NCBI RefSeq assembly: GCF_016433145.1
Contig: NC_058134.1
Span: 286,903,449-286,967,448, forward strand
Length of the DNA: 64,000 nucleotides
From: Gracilinanus agilis
Taxonomy: Eukaryota
Reading direction: 5' to 3'
The notes under the pieces were generated by a model, which saw only the letters and a program-made list of their open reading frames with translations, had not been told where the DNA came from and did no database searches. Positions 22,471 through 35,053 of this stretch are shown piece by piece. The translations under genes were made by a program, and so were the position numbers. Each line of letters begins with the position of its first letter. The first letter of the stretch is position 1.

Positions 22471-23123
22471 ATCTCTCCTTAACCCCTCATTTTGCTCCTC
22501 TTTCCCGGCCATACTTTCCTCCCCCCAACTCCCCAATTCCCTCTTTCTCGTCTCTACTCATTATCTCTTCTCCCTAACCCTTCCTTTTTTCTCTTCTTCC
22601 CAATTCTCAATTATTTTCCCGGGGAATTCTTGTTCAGGGAACCTGGGGCAGGAAGGATTCACATGGCCCAATGGGGAAAAATAAACAGAATCCAGAATCC
22701 ACTTGCTTCTTAAAGAAAGAAGAAGCATTTAAGGCGCCAGGGTGGCGAGCGTGGGTAGGGTGAAGGAGGACAGGATGGTGGGACCATTGGGAAGGAGGAA
22801 ATGGACCCTTAACTCCTACCCCCTGGAGCTTCCTGGCCTTCAACCCTCTGGCAGGCGGAAAGGGAATCTCTCATTTTCTTTTATAGGGATATTTACATGT
22901 TTATAGGTCTTTTCCCCTCCCCTTTTCTCATCTTTCTCTCTTTTTTAAAGAAGTACTCGCTAATCAAACATTCGACCACTCTAAGCTGCTTGGGCTCCGA
23001 ACACTCCCAGTTCCTGGATTCCGACAGTCGCCCGCCCCACGCGGCTAGCCCCTGGTCGTGACAGACAGCCCGCTCTCTGTGCCAACAGGGGTTCTGGGCT
23101 GAAATGGAGGGAGGGATCCTTAC

Positions 23124-23718
23124 CACTGGTCGAGAGCCCGTTGCCCTGGCCTAAGGGCGACACCAGGCTGGCCCCGTCGCCCGCGCCGCCGCCCTTGTTT
23201 CCCTCGTTGAGCAGGGACGAGCTGGAATCGGACTCGAGTGACTGGCAGGAAGGGGGATCGTGGGGAGGGCCCGCAGCACCGTCCCCCCCGCCACCGCCAC
23301 CACCGCCTCCAGCGGCGTAATCGTACTTGAAGCCCATGGACGGCGGCCCCGACGGCTCGAGCTGCAGCAGCCCGCCCCCCTCCCGCCCCCGCTCCTCGCG
23401 CTTCAGCCCACCGCCCTCGGCGCACGCCTCGCGATAGTAGCATTTGCTCTCCTCCACCCGGGCCAGCTCACACGTCCGGCCGAAGGACGGGTTAAGCGAC
23501 ACGGGGCTGCCGAGGTAGGGCTGGGGATAGCCATTGCACGGCTCCGCCGACGGCCAAGGCAGTGAGCAGACGTTGTCGCGCCGAGGGTAGGACAGGGAAG
23601 GCAGACCGGGCAGCTGCCCCCCCGAGGCGCGGAAGTTGGGGAAGTAGAAGGTGTCCCCCGTGTGGATATTCACCAGCGGCCCCACAAACCCGGGATTAAG
23701 GAGATTATGTTCGCCCAT
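23124..23718 (-). CDS. HOXC12: HOXC12 exon 1
   Basis: ATG at 23718; [55 protein letters not shown]... is the HOXC12 N-terminus. Donor AGTG|GTAAGG after 23124. 595 + 239 = 834 nt = 277 aa plus stop. Confidence 0.98.
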
Positions 23719-23739
23719 TTCCGCGGGGCCCGACCGAGA

Positions 23740-23830
23740 GCTTCTACTTTATTGCTATCTGACATTAAACATAGTTAAACCTGCGGACGCGTCCTATTGG
23801 CCGCTGGCCGGTCACATGGGTTCCTGCTGG
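23740..23830 (-). promoter_or_regulatory. HOXC12 proximal promoter / 5' UTR
   Basis: CCAAT (ATTGG 23796-23800), USF/TFE-type E-box GTCACATG 23811-23818, GCAATAAA (23755-23748) close to the ATG. Confidence 0.65.
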
Positions 23831-25979
23831 AGGAGGGGTAGGAGGAGGAGGGGGTGGGGAATAAGAGACACCCCCCCCCCCATACACATAGACAGCCAAC
23901 ACCAACTTCTCTCTTCCCCTTTTCTTTGTGGGGGGGGGTGCTACGTTGGAAGGGGGGGGCTGTCATTCTTTAGATTCTAGTTGCTAAAAAAAAAAAATCA
24001 CACAAAATCCGATCCAGGGAGCGCAGCAGTAGCTCAACCTGGGGCGAGGAAGAACTATGAAAAGAACACACAAAAATCATACACACTCTAGTGACACATG
24101 CACGCCCCCACACCCTCTCCACCTACCTCCCCCACCCCATGTATCCTTTCGCCAACAGCTGGCCGAACGCAGCCCGTCCTTCTTTANNNNNNNNNNNNNN
24201 NNNNNNNNNNNNNNNNNNNNNNNNNNNNNNNNNNNNNNNNNNNNNNNNNNNNNNNNNNNNNNNNNNNNNNNNNNNNNNNNNNNNNNNNNNNNNNNNNNNN
24301 NNNNNNNNNNNNNNNNNNTTACAGTAGAGAGAAGTGGGGGTAAGAACATGTTTCTCGCCCGGTTCTCTTTCCCATTCTGCCTCCAGGACCTGTTTTCATT
24401 CTCTCTCCATTGGTTTCACTCCAGGAGTTAGGAGAGGGACCACAGAATCTTGGGGGTAGGGGAAGGGTCCTCCTACCCACGAATTGATGCGGAGGGAAAA
24501 TGATGCCCCAGGCCCTCTTTCTCTACACCCAGCCCCCCTCCCAAACACACCTTATCCACCCACCTCCACTCCCAGTAGTGAAGGACGAATGCGGAAGGCA
24601 GGAGAGGAGACATTCGGCTCAACACGCTTCTCCCTGCCCGAATTTGAGTGGGGTCCACTCCTTAAAAGATTGCTTGCAACAGATTAAGTCCTTCCTCCTG
24701 ACAATTGCTCTGGGGAGGGACGTGGAGGAAGGCTCCTGAGCAATAAGAAGACCCCAAATAATCGAGGCGATCGGGTGCCCTAGAAGAAGGAACCAGCCTA
24801 GCAGAGGACACTGCTTCGGCTGGAGTCCAGGGTAGAGCTGGAAGACAGAAATCTGTGCCATACTGGAGCTGAGGAGTATTACCGAAGTGAGAATCCTAAC
24901 CCAGACCAATTCACATCAATAACTTCCATTGTGCACCCTGGATGGAGTGAGAGTGAGGACCTGAAGAAATCTGTCCAAAGTCTCCTTTGCCTCCAAAATC
25001 GTATTCATAGCTTCAATTAAGCACCTAGCTGTCTGCAAATAAAGACGACTATTCTCGCCTTAAGCTAATGGAAATTAAATGCTGAACAGGAAAACAGATA
25101 AATTTTGAGCTTGTCTACGGGGTGCTGAACCCCCGAATTAAAAATAACAATAGCAAACATCTGAATGCTTCATAATATCTTAGAGTTAGAACCAGTGTGG
25201 ACCAAGTATACGGATACTTTGGGCTAAATATTTCAAGCTTTAATGAAATTCTTGGCAATCGTAGACCCAAGATTATTTAGAGAAACAATAGACATATTGA
25301 AAGTGAGAAAGAAAGAGTAGTTCAGAAGAATACAGAGATATTGAGCATATTAATAGAGAAAGAAAAAAAGTAGATGATTCACACGTGTGTGTACACACCA
25401 GTTGAAAACGAGATAATTAGCCAAAGAAAAAAGGAGATCAACACACAGATATTCTCCTTCCCTTCTTTCTGCTAAAGGGACATTTCATGGAAGAAAAAAA
25501 AATCCAAATTCTTCAAATTCCACCGCTCCCTGGACGATTTCATATCCTAAAACCATCGCCTCTGAGACAGACAGAAATGAGCCGCCACCCCACCCCCACC
25601 CCCAACCGTCCGTCCACTAGCTCAGACAGAGCTCTCCGACTCTTGGCAATCTCTATCCGCTTTCCCCAGGAGTGGGGTGTCACGGAGTTCGGATGCCTTC
25701 CTTCCCCTTCCATCTCTGGCTAAATCCTAGTACTGGCCCTGAAACTGCAGGATCCCTCAGATCGGAGCGCCCCGGGGAGGAATCTGGACCACGGAGAGAT
25801 GGCATTTCAATATTGCTCCTTTCCGGGTGCGGCGGCTGCCTTTCTAACCCAAAGAAGAGGAAATGAGTCGGGGACAAGTGTCTGTCTTTTTCCAAACTGG
25901 GGGCTAGTCCGCATGACAACCAACTCTAAGCTCAGCCCTCTGCTAGTATCATTGCCAGTTACCATTGTGGTTAGATGTT

Positions 25980-26260
25980 TCTGCTCTAATAAGAATTATA
26001 CTTATTCTTTTTAATTTAGCATTTTCCTTTCAGGTGAGCCTACTGTCAGTGTTTTAACCGGTGCTTCTTATTATTTTAAGCTGTTTTGGTAAGACCAGCA
26101 ATCTCTTATTATGGTTATTTTTATCAGGAGAATCCGGTGCAAATCCACACTGACAGCTAGGGCCCGGTTGGGCAGGTCCCTGGCGTAGGCTTCGGCTTTG
26201 TTATTATCATTGTAAGGGCTAGTTATTACTATAATCACATTTCAATATCCTGCAGTTACT
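25980..26260. promoter_or_regulatory. Candidate conserved element between HOXC12 and HOXC13
   Basis: AT-rich but CpG-retaining; many TAAT/TTAT cores and two MEIS-type TGACAG hexamers (CTGTCA near 26044, TGACAG near 26151). Confidence 0.45.
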
Positions 26261-27239
26261 ATGTGGGGAATAGGATTCTTCCTTCCCTTCCTTTCTCTTT
26301 TTCCTTTATCCTCCAGTAGAGGATAGAGAAGGGGTTTTTGCCTCTCCTCGCCTGAGTAGGCAGCTGGAAAGCCTCTTCCCTGGTACCCAATTCTCCTAGA
26401 TTACCAGCGTCAAGCCAAAAAAAAAAAAAAAATCTGGACAAATTGGCTATAGCCAGATGTATGGGAGTCATGCGGGGAGAGGGGGTCGGAGAAGAGAAGG
26501 CATGTGTGTATGTGTGTGTGTTTTCCCCATTTAGGGATTTATTTTTTTCCGGGTCGGCTTGGCAAGAATAAAATTATCATTGGTGGAGTCAAAATATGCC
26601 AGATCTGCTTAACCATCAGGGCTCCAGAGGGGCAAAATCTCCATCTACACTAAAGACTGTGGTCCCCTCCCTTTTTTCTTCGTCCCCCCCCCCCCCGCGG
26701 AAAAGAGGATAAGTAGAATGAGCCCTGAGGACACAGTGCATGGAATATCATACCCGCCCCCCCCCTTCACTTAGTTCTCCCCTCATCGCCTTCCCTTTAA
26801 ATTAGAACATGGAATATTTCATCGTGTGGAAATCACGGACCCCGGCAACCCAAACTACCCAATCCACAAAGTCCCTTTTCCCTCCAACCTATTTTGCTTT
26901 GCTCCCACCCAGGTCCAGTTTATGTTGACCCGAGTCGCCTTTGCCAATCTACCCCTAACCTGCCCAGAACCGAACCCTAGCAACCATCCTTTTATTCGAC
27001 CCAGACTCTCGGGTTTGCCCACCCCATCGCGGTGGCTGACCCAGAGAAGCAAAGGATTCGGGACTCCATGAGAGACCCCGGCAGAGCGGCACATTCCCAG
27101 GAAGCTACAGCGAGGACATACATAGGCTGGGTCCCTAGCCGGAAAACCATAGGAGAGACATAGTATTATCCTATTGTGGAAACCCTTCTACCTCAGCCAA
27201 TTCGGCGACGCAGGAGTAAGGCGTAAAATAGATGTGATT

Positions 27240-27480
27240 CAGCCTCAGAGATGGATAAACAGCCTTGGACCGAGAACATGAGCCCTACAGGGCTTATTGA
27301 CTGATGCCGCCAGATACAGGGAGATATTAATCAAATATAATCAAAGAAAAGGCAGAGACAAAAATCAGCTTCCCAATGTTGGTCACTTAAATCCGGCAAT
27401 TTCCTCACTAATTAACGCATGTAGTAATTAAAACGGACGGAATGGATAGTCTCCGATAAATCCTTTAAAAATCTTGATCA
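27240..27480. promoter_or_regulatory. Candidate conserved element rich in homeodomain cores
   Basis: ATTAATCAAATATAATCAA, CTAATTAACG and GTAATTAAAACG, with retained CpGs. Confidence 0.45.
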
Positions 27481-27885
27481 TACACCTTCCTGAGCTTCCA
27501 CTCAAAGAAGATACATACACAGATCCCTTCTCCACAACCACACCTTTGTTTCTGTTCCCATTCACAGCCCTTAGTCGGTGTGAGGCGAATTTCCTACCGA
27601 CTCAGCTCGCAGCCACACAGGCACTGTCCCCACTGGACCCTCCAGAAGGTGTTTCATTCACCAGCCGGAGCGACCTGCTTCTCGCCTACCATTGGTGAAG
27701 GGGCTTCCCAGAGACAGCTGGGGCACCACCGCATCTTTACTGCGGTTGGGTTTCGGTTTGGAATCATTGGGGGTGCTATGATCTTTGCTTCCTGGCGGGC
27801 CCAGTTCAAGGTCACTGTCTAGTTTGCAGAGGGGAGAGAAAAAAAACCTAGGGTCTGCCATTTATGCAAATAGGGCTACTTACTT

Positions 27886-27899
27886 AGGCCCCCCGGCGG
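27886..27899 (-). promoter_or_regulatory. Weak candidate CTCF site
   Basis: Minus strand CCGCCGGGGGGCCT resembles CCGCCAGGGGGCGC. Confidence 0.3.
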
Positions 27900-30800
27900 G
27901 AAGTTAGCTAGGGAGGGACAGGAGGGGGGCGTAAGAGGAAGGGACTTGGGATGAGGGATGGAGAATGGAAAAGACCTTCTTCAACTGAACCCCCTCAATC
28001 CCTGTTCTTCGCCGCTTTTGCCAAGCATTTGGAATTGAGGAAATAGCACTTGTTTCTGAGATGTGGAGACTGGAGTGGGGTCTGCGGTGAGGGGGGGGCG
28101 GGGAAGAAAAGAAATTTCCTAAGGAGTCTCACTCCACATCTCATTTGTTTTTCCTTATAGATCCTAGGGATTCCTTTCCCCCTTTCCCTCAGTTGTTTCG
28201 CGTTTGAAAGAAACTGTATGAAAATCAAGTGGGTAATTCTGAGGGGTTCTCTTTTTTTTTCAGAGGATAGGACTAAAGAATGTGAAAAAGAACCCAGGGT
28301 GCCAGCCATCTGATAGGTTCACTCATCTTTCCAGCTTTAGATTGGGTAGAGGGTGGAGATGGGGACGGAAAAGGAGGATTCTCCTAATTGGGGGAAGGCC
28401 AGAGCTAGGAGTGTCTAGGCTTGACTTTTGGGTCTAGAAGCCCACCTTCATTTTTAACAAATCAACCGACTTTGTCTTATTCTTCATCCACCCACAGACG
28501 CACCTCGAAGCCCTGGATAACCTTTCAGAAAGTGATAGTGAGGGAGATTAAAAAACAAAACAAAACAAAACACAACACCTTCTACGACTTCATAGCTCAA
28601 AAAGAACACCTCTCTATTCCATAGAAAGTGAAAATAAATTATACAATTTTTTTTAACCTTCTTCCCAATTCAAGGAACCCGGAGCCAACAGCTCCCTTCT
28701 CTAGAGCGCAGGTTTGGCAAATTAACAGTTAAATATTTTCGTTGTATTACATTTTTCCCTCCGCCACCAGTAGAGGATCTCCTCCGCCTAGTGAATTAGT
28801 GTCAGGGACGCCCGAGACTCCAGAAAGGTACAGAGATCAAGTTAAAAAAAATCTCCCAAATACCACACCCACACGGCACCGCAGAAGGCCACACAAAACC
28901 GAGCGCTTCCTGTGTCTTAGCTTTCCATCTTTGAGCCTCTGCCCCCTTTCCGGGTAGCTACGCTGCCGCTGCCACTCTCTCCCCCTCCCCTCTGCCCTTT
29001 GCTCTTTTCTTTCCCATAGCCTTCGGAATGAAGGTGGCGGGGGTGGAGGGTGATGGTGGGGGTGGAGGTTTTGACGGTGGAGGAGGATTGGCCCTATACA
29101 CCTCTCTGCCTCAGCAGGCTGGCCGTGACCATGGCCTATAGTGAAACGCCCAAACATCGGCCCCTTTCTTACCCAGCTTTTCCTAGGTTCAGAACCCCTA
29201 AGAAGGTGGACTCCCAAACCTCCCTTCCCCTCCTCCTCTAGTCAAAGGAGTATGTCTCCTGACTTTCTCCTCTCTTTTGGGGGGGGGGGGAGTTGGGGGA
29301 GTGAGGTGGAAACTGACGGTGGGATGAGAATGGGGAGAGATCAAGGCCCGAGGAGACAACCTAAATTGCCCTCTGGCTAGTAAATGGCCAGTTACCCAGA
29401 TCTAGCGCGGCGAGAACTTACCTCTGTGACTACCGTTGAGGGGGAGGGTGGGGCTGTTAGCATCATGAAGTTCTCTTTTCTGCTCACCCCCCTCCCCAGC
29501 CCCAATTGGAAAGTTAAAGCCGGGGTGGCTGAAGAGGGTGGGGGAGGAAGGGCCCGGGCCAAAGGCTGAAGAATAGGGAGAAGACTTGGGGACAGTTTCT
29601 CTCCTCCTTTTATTGGTGTTATTAGCTTCCCTGTCTAGACTGAAGACGACACCTCCTCTATCTGTAAACAGAAGCGGGCGGGCTCCCTGGCAGGGTGGGG
29701 GGAGAGGAGGAGGGGATGGAAGAGAAGAGGGGGACGGCGAGTCGGCCCTCCCCCTCTCTGGCCACCGGAAGATCAAGGCTTTCTCCTCTCCCCCCGCCCT
29801 CCTCCTCTCCATCACTCACCGCTCCCTGTGATGTCAAGGTCAGAAAGACCTAGTCACGGTCAAGGCTAAAAGAGGAAGAGACCTGGTTGGTTGCCGATTC
29901 TCTTCTCTCATAACTCCCCCCTCTCAACGGTTCCTTCGCCTCTGAAGACCCCAGTCCTCCCTCCCAAGTGTCTCCAAGCGCCCAGATATTGTGGTCAACC
30001 GACACATCTGTCTGAACTTTGCTATTTGTGGTAAGGGGAGGGGGAGGAGCTCAGTATTAAACCAGGGATGTGGGGCGGGGTCCTGGACAGTAATATTGGG
30101 GGTCTGCCGCCTTCTCTCTCCCCCACTTCCTCTCTCACAGAGTTTAGGAATGAATTTCACACAGGACCCGACCCCTGGACAATAAACAGGGGAAGAATTG
30201 GGAAGATAACCGTGAGCCTCGGAGACAGGCTGTGCCCCCTTTGAACTGAATGGGCACTGGTGTCTTCCTTCCCCACCCATGAACCTGCCTTTTGCAGCAA
30301 TAGAGCAGCAGGAAGGCCACTGGAGAGAGTAGGGTGGAGAAGAAAGTGACCAAGAAGGGCACAAACTCATGGAAAATGTCGTGGACTTGATCGGCTCAAG
30401 GTGTGTGTGTTTCCCTTTGCAGGAGATCTCTATTCACTCTTCCCTAAATCCCGCATTCTGCGGTGGAGTGAGGGATACCCAACTTCTCAGAAATGCCCCT
30501 TTCCTTGCCCTGGGATTATTGTGGAGGAGGCCAGTCAGAGAGGACATGGATTTCAGAAATAGGGAGAGCCCCTGGAATTGGAAGAGTTAGGAATTTCGAG
30601 AAAGGGGATGAGGAGGATCCTAGTTTTCTGGAAAGAAGAATTTCCCCCACCCTGATACTTTGATGTGACTACACACATGACATTCTTCCCTATACAATCT
30701 TCTTTATTTCACATGCACACATCCACACCCTCCATAGACTTTCAGGCATATGTACACCAAATATTCACTCCTCTATAGTTACAGGGTCACACATGAAGGC

Positions 30801-31999
30801 TATCCCACAAATCTGGGAACTGGGAGAGGGGAACACACTTGGGGATGTAATTTAGAAGAATACATACGGATTCATTTATACATTCACTCCAGGCACGCAT
30901 GTTTACCCAGCATATTTAGAAACTGTCCACATGAGCCTCAGGAATGAATCAGATTAAGGTGGTTTAGTGATATACACACATCCTCTTGGGCAAGCAAGAA
31001 TATTTGCGTGAATTTACACTTAGATATATGTTGATCACTCAATAATAGCACCAAACACATACTATGGGGGGAAGAGAGAAGTTATAAAGGAAACAAAAGT
31101 ATTTTTCTAGTTCCTCTCCCAATTCCACACAAAGTCAAACAACACGTGCAAACATAGCTTTTCACACAGAGATGGGTCTGTTTGTTTGTCTTTCACGCAC
31201 ATTCTCACACCCCTTACCTAAGACACCCTACCTATCTCTTGGGAGGAGAGATATAGCAAAATCACACAATTTAAGAGCCCAAGGGGACTGCTCCCTCCCT
31301 TTCCCCTAATCATATCCAAAATGCCGTCCCTTTGAATGTGTAAATATTTACAAAACACTAAAGAGCCAGCCTCTCTTCCAAACTAAAAGCATCAGCTTTG
31401 TGGTTCCCCATCCCTTTGCAGGGGCCACAGATGGGTCCAGGGTTTACTCGTGTTGGAACGAGAGATGGTCCCTTTACCAGGATTGGAACTACCCCTTCTA
31501 CAGATTCCCAATTTGCTGGTTTGCTGCTCTGTCTGTACGACAAAGCAGTCTACTCAGTTTTCAAGCACCTTTCCTGGTAAAGAAAATGGGAGGCCTCCAA
31601 GGAGTACTAGGGAGCCTCATCAAATGCCCTCTTCCAGGGTTCAAGTCCCGACAAGACACTTGTCGGTTCTCTAATAGAGACTCAGTTGTTACTTTTCCCC
31701 CAACCATTTCCTCCTTCGACGTAGAACAAAGTGATTTCTGGATGGAAGGGGAAGGCTGGGGGGACACAGCATATTAGGGATCAACTGCCTCCCTGGGGGA
31801 GTGAGTTCCCTGCTCTGTAGCTCCCCGGTTCATTTAAACGTAAGGAGCTAGTTCCCTTCTCCGAACCCCGGGAAAGTTGAGATCACTTAGACAACACCGA
31901 CTGGGCAGAGGGGAAAACATGCTGAGGGGAAAGAGGGAAAAAAGAATCTTGTTGGTTTCTGGGATCTCCAGTTTGGGGTTGGGAGGGAAGAAATAATCT

Positions 32000-32340
32000 T
32001 GCTACCCCCGGGACACGTTTGTTTAAATGGAATTGGAAAAAGCTGGAGGCACCCGGCAATCAAGACAATCAATGCGGAGTCAAGAGAACTTCTCCGATTT
32101 CCAACCCGTCGCCTCGGGTCTTTCTGCGTCTCAGGAGAAAAGAAAATATTATATATAAATAAAAATTGCCGCAATAAAGATTTAATCTGAGATAACATTG
32201 TTTTAGGCTATATTGCTTTTTAAAAGTCTCTTAACCTGACAACTTAACGATCTCATTAACTCCGCCAGATAGGGAGATAGGGACTGAACGAGACCAGAGA
32301 AACAAATTAGCGGCCACGTCTACACAGGCAAAGAGGAGTA
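32000..32340. promoter_or_regulatory. Candidate conserved element 3' of HOXC13
   Basis: CpG-retaining block with TTGTTTAAA (FOX-like), ATAAATAAAA and GCAATAAA (HOX13/CDX-like). Confidence 0.45.
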
Positions 32341-33209
32341 GGTTGATTCAGTCGTTTGGTGCTCCCATCCCCAAACCCCAAAAATACTGCAGGAAAAAAA
32401 TGGGATAGACTTAACCAGGCTTTGGGTTTTGAAGGATTCCAGTGGGTAAGGTCTGAAAGGTCCGTTCAGAGCTGTTGCTTTCAGTGGGTCTAGGGGTGTG
32501 GGACTAGATTGGGGAGATCTCTGATATTTTGAGATTGGTCTCTGTGCTCTTCACTTAGTTTCCATCTCTGTTTGTGAACCAGACCCTGGCCCCCTTCAGA
32601 CCCTTCTTGGAGGTGGACTCATGTGAAAGGAAAAAAAGATTGTAAGATGGTGGTTTCGGATAACTTCAAGCCCTTAGTTGACTCTAATTGCCATATGACA
32701 ACCAGAATCCCGCATGGAACACTTGCCTTCTCCTTTACTAAGCCAGTCGACACCGGCTTAGTTTCCCCACCTACATCCAAAGGGTGTATAATATATATAA
32801 AAATATACAATACATAATATATATAATATAATAAAGCTTTATTCATACCCACTCACTTGACCATCTAAGTTCCCTGAATTTTTTCACCCCATAAAGCCAC
32901 CAAATTGTTCTCAAACCCGATTCAATACATATCATGTCCTCATTATATCTTTCCCCTGCTCTATTCTCCGATTTCTGATCTCAGAGGCCATGTCTACATA
33001 GCCACAATAACCCAGATTAATCTTCAGAAAGGAAATACTGGTTTAACCCCTGTCAGGAGTATGCTATCAATTAAGTGAAGCCAATTCCTCTGCCTTTGTA
33101 CTGTGTAGATTCTGTGGGGATGGGAAAGAGCCCTCTGTGGCATTCCTGAGATCGGATGGGATTTTTAAGGAATATGAGAAATGAGGTCAAGACCAAAAAA
33201 AAAAGATAT

Positions 33210-33215
33210 TTTATT
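33210..33215 (-). terminator. Likely HOXC13 polyadenylation signal (3' UTR about 1.6 kb)
   Basis: Minus-strand AATAAA followed by a U-rich run and preceded by a UTR-like block (GTATCTGTATATAGTATTGTGGTG...). A second AATAAA lies at 32843-32838. Confidence 0.6.
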
Positions 33216-34796
33216 TTAAAAACAGGTTTGTTATTTTTTTCTTTTTGCATTCAGTACATTGTCATTCGGACACCACAATACTATATACAGATACAAGACA
33301 TTAAAAAAAAAAGAGAGAGAGAAATTTTAGAGAGATATTTTTTTCCCAAAGAACACTGTTTTGTGAGGTGCTAGTGGAGGGTAGGAGAAACTGGGGAAAA
33401 AAGCCTGGAACCCTGACAGTCCAGGGCTGGTCATCATGGAAGAAACTATTAAGACATGTCTACTTTGCCCTAGAAAGCAGGATTAATTCAGGCTCCCTCC
33501 AAGAAAACTGATTTTGCTTGAAGAATCTGGTTCCTAGAGGAGGTCAAGGAAAGTGTTGGGGCCAAAATGATTTGGATCAGAAATGGTGTGGAAGCAGCCT
33601 GAGCTCTAGTCAAAGAGGAAAGGAAGCCTCTGGTGTGTGAAATATTCTCCTGTTCAATTTTAAGTGAAAATTTTGTTTTTCCTCTTAAAATGGATTCCTA
33701 GCCCCTTCCTCATTCTCAATGAGAAATAAACATGTTAGCAGCTTCGTTATTATCTTCGTGTCTTTCTTGGTAGTAGAGTGAGGAGAGGTATAGAGGAAAT
33801 AGCCCAATACAGGCTCAGGACAAGACCTCTATGGAGTAATCCAGGGCTGGGACCTTAATATCTGGAAGGCCCTCCAGAGTAGGACTTTTGAGGGAGCCAC
33901 AGAAGCAGGATGAGGCCAAAAGGGGTGAGGATCAAAGCTTGGGAAAGAACAATATAGTACAGAGATACGAAAGGCAGGACCAGGCACTGGGTCTTGGACT
34001 CCCCCCACCCCCCAGGCCAAATCATAATTATTATTAATATTGACTTTTAAAATATACACACAACTTATTGGGATACCTTTCAAAACAATTGCCCAACAGG
34101 AAGTGGTGAAGATCTGAGAGGGAAAAGTTAACCCTCTCTATCCAACCCCACAAGCCTTCATTAGGGAGAGTTTATATTGCTCCCAGCAATACCAGGGGTA
34201 GAGCCAAAAATCCAGATTTTACCAGAATGACATTGAACTTCATCTCTACCCTTCATATCTTTTGCTGGGAGTCTGGAAGTGAGGGTCACTGTGGTTGGGA
34301 AGGAAGACACAATGAGGAGGAGGACGATGAAGGCTCAACCTTCTTTCTGAAGGTTGTATCTAAACTGTTCACCAGCCACTGATTAGAATCCAGCTCCCAA
34401 AACCCATATGAGTCCAAATGTTTCTGGATCCAAAGCTCTATTTTCCACCTGGAACAGTAGTGGGGTGGGGAAAGGGGAATGTGTATATATGCCCTCTNNN
34501 NNNNNNNNNNNNNNNNNNNNNNNNNNNNNNNNNNNNNNNNNNNNNNNNNNNNNNNNNNNNNNNNNNNNNNNNNNNNNNNNNNNNNNNNNNNNNNNNNNNN
34601 NNNNNNNNNNNNNNNNNNNNNNNNNNNNNNNNNNNNNNNNNNNNNNNNNNNNNNNNNNNTCCTCCACATTAATATTTATTAGTATTAATATTAAATAATC
34701 AATTCACCGTCGAAGTGTCCATCGGTGGGCTCCTTTTATGGTACAAAGTAGGATATAAATAGGTGGGGAGGCAAGGAGGGGTTCAGGGCTCCAAGG

Positions 34797-35053
34797 TCAG
34801 GTAGAGTGGAGATGGGGCGCCTTAGCTTTGCTGACCACCTTCTTCTCTTTGACTCGACGGTTTTGGAACCAAATGGTGACCTGGCGTTCTGAGAGGTTAG
34901 TGGTGGCTGAGATCCGCCGCCTCTTCTCTTTGGTAATGAACTTGCTGGCCGCATACTCCTTCTCGAGTTCCTTCAGCTGCACCTTCGTGTAGGGTACTCG
35001 CTTCTTTCGACCCCTTCGATAGCTGCTGACCTCAGGCTGCAGGGGGACTACGT
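34797..35053 (-). CDS. HOXC13: HOXC13 exon 2 (homeodomain)
   Basis: (D)[84 protein letters not shown]. Acceptor ccccag|AC has its AG at 35055-35054; TGA at 34799-34797. Confidence 0.98.

Noticed and set aside
22148-22684. 178-aa + strand ORF and other SL/RE-repeat ORFs (17095-17499, 37383-37848)
   Set aside because: Artefacts of (CT)n and pyrimidine tracts lacking stop codons.
22981-23123. ORF read-through past the HOXC12 donor (245-aa track ORF)
   Set aside because: Intronic extension of exon 1; the strong GTAAGG donor and in-phase exon 2 explain the gene.
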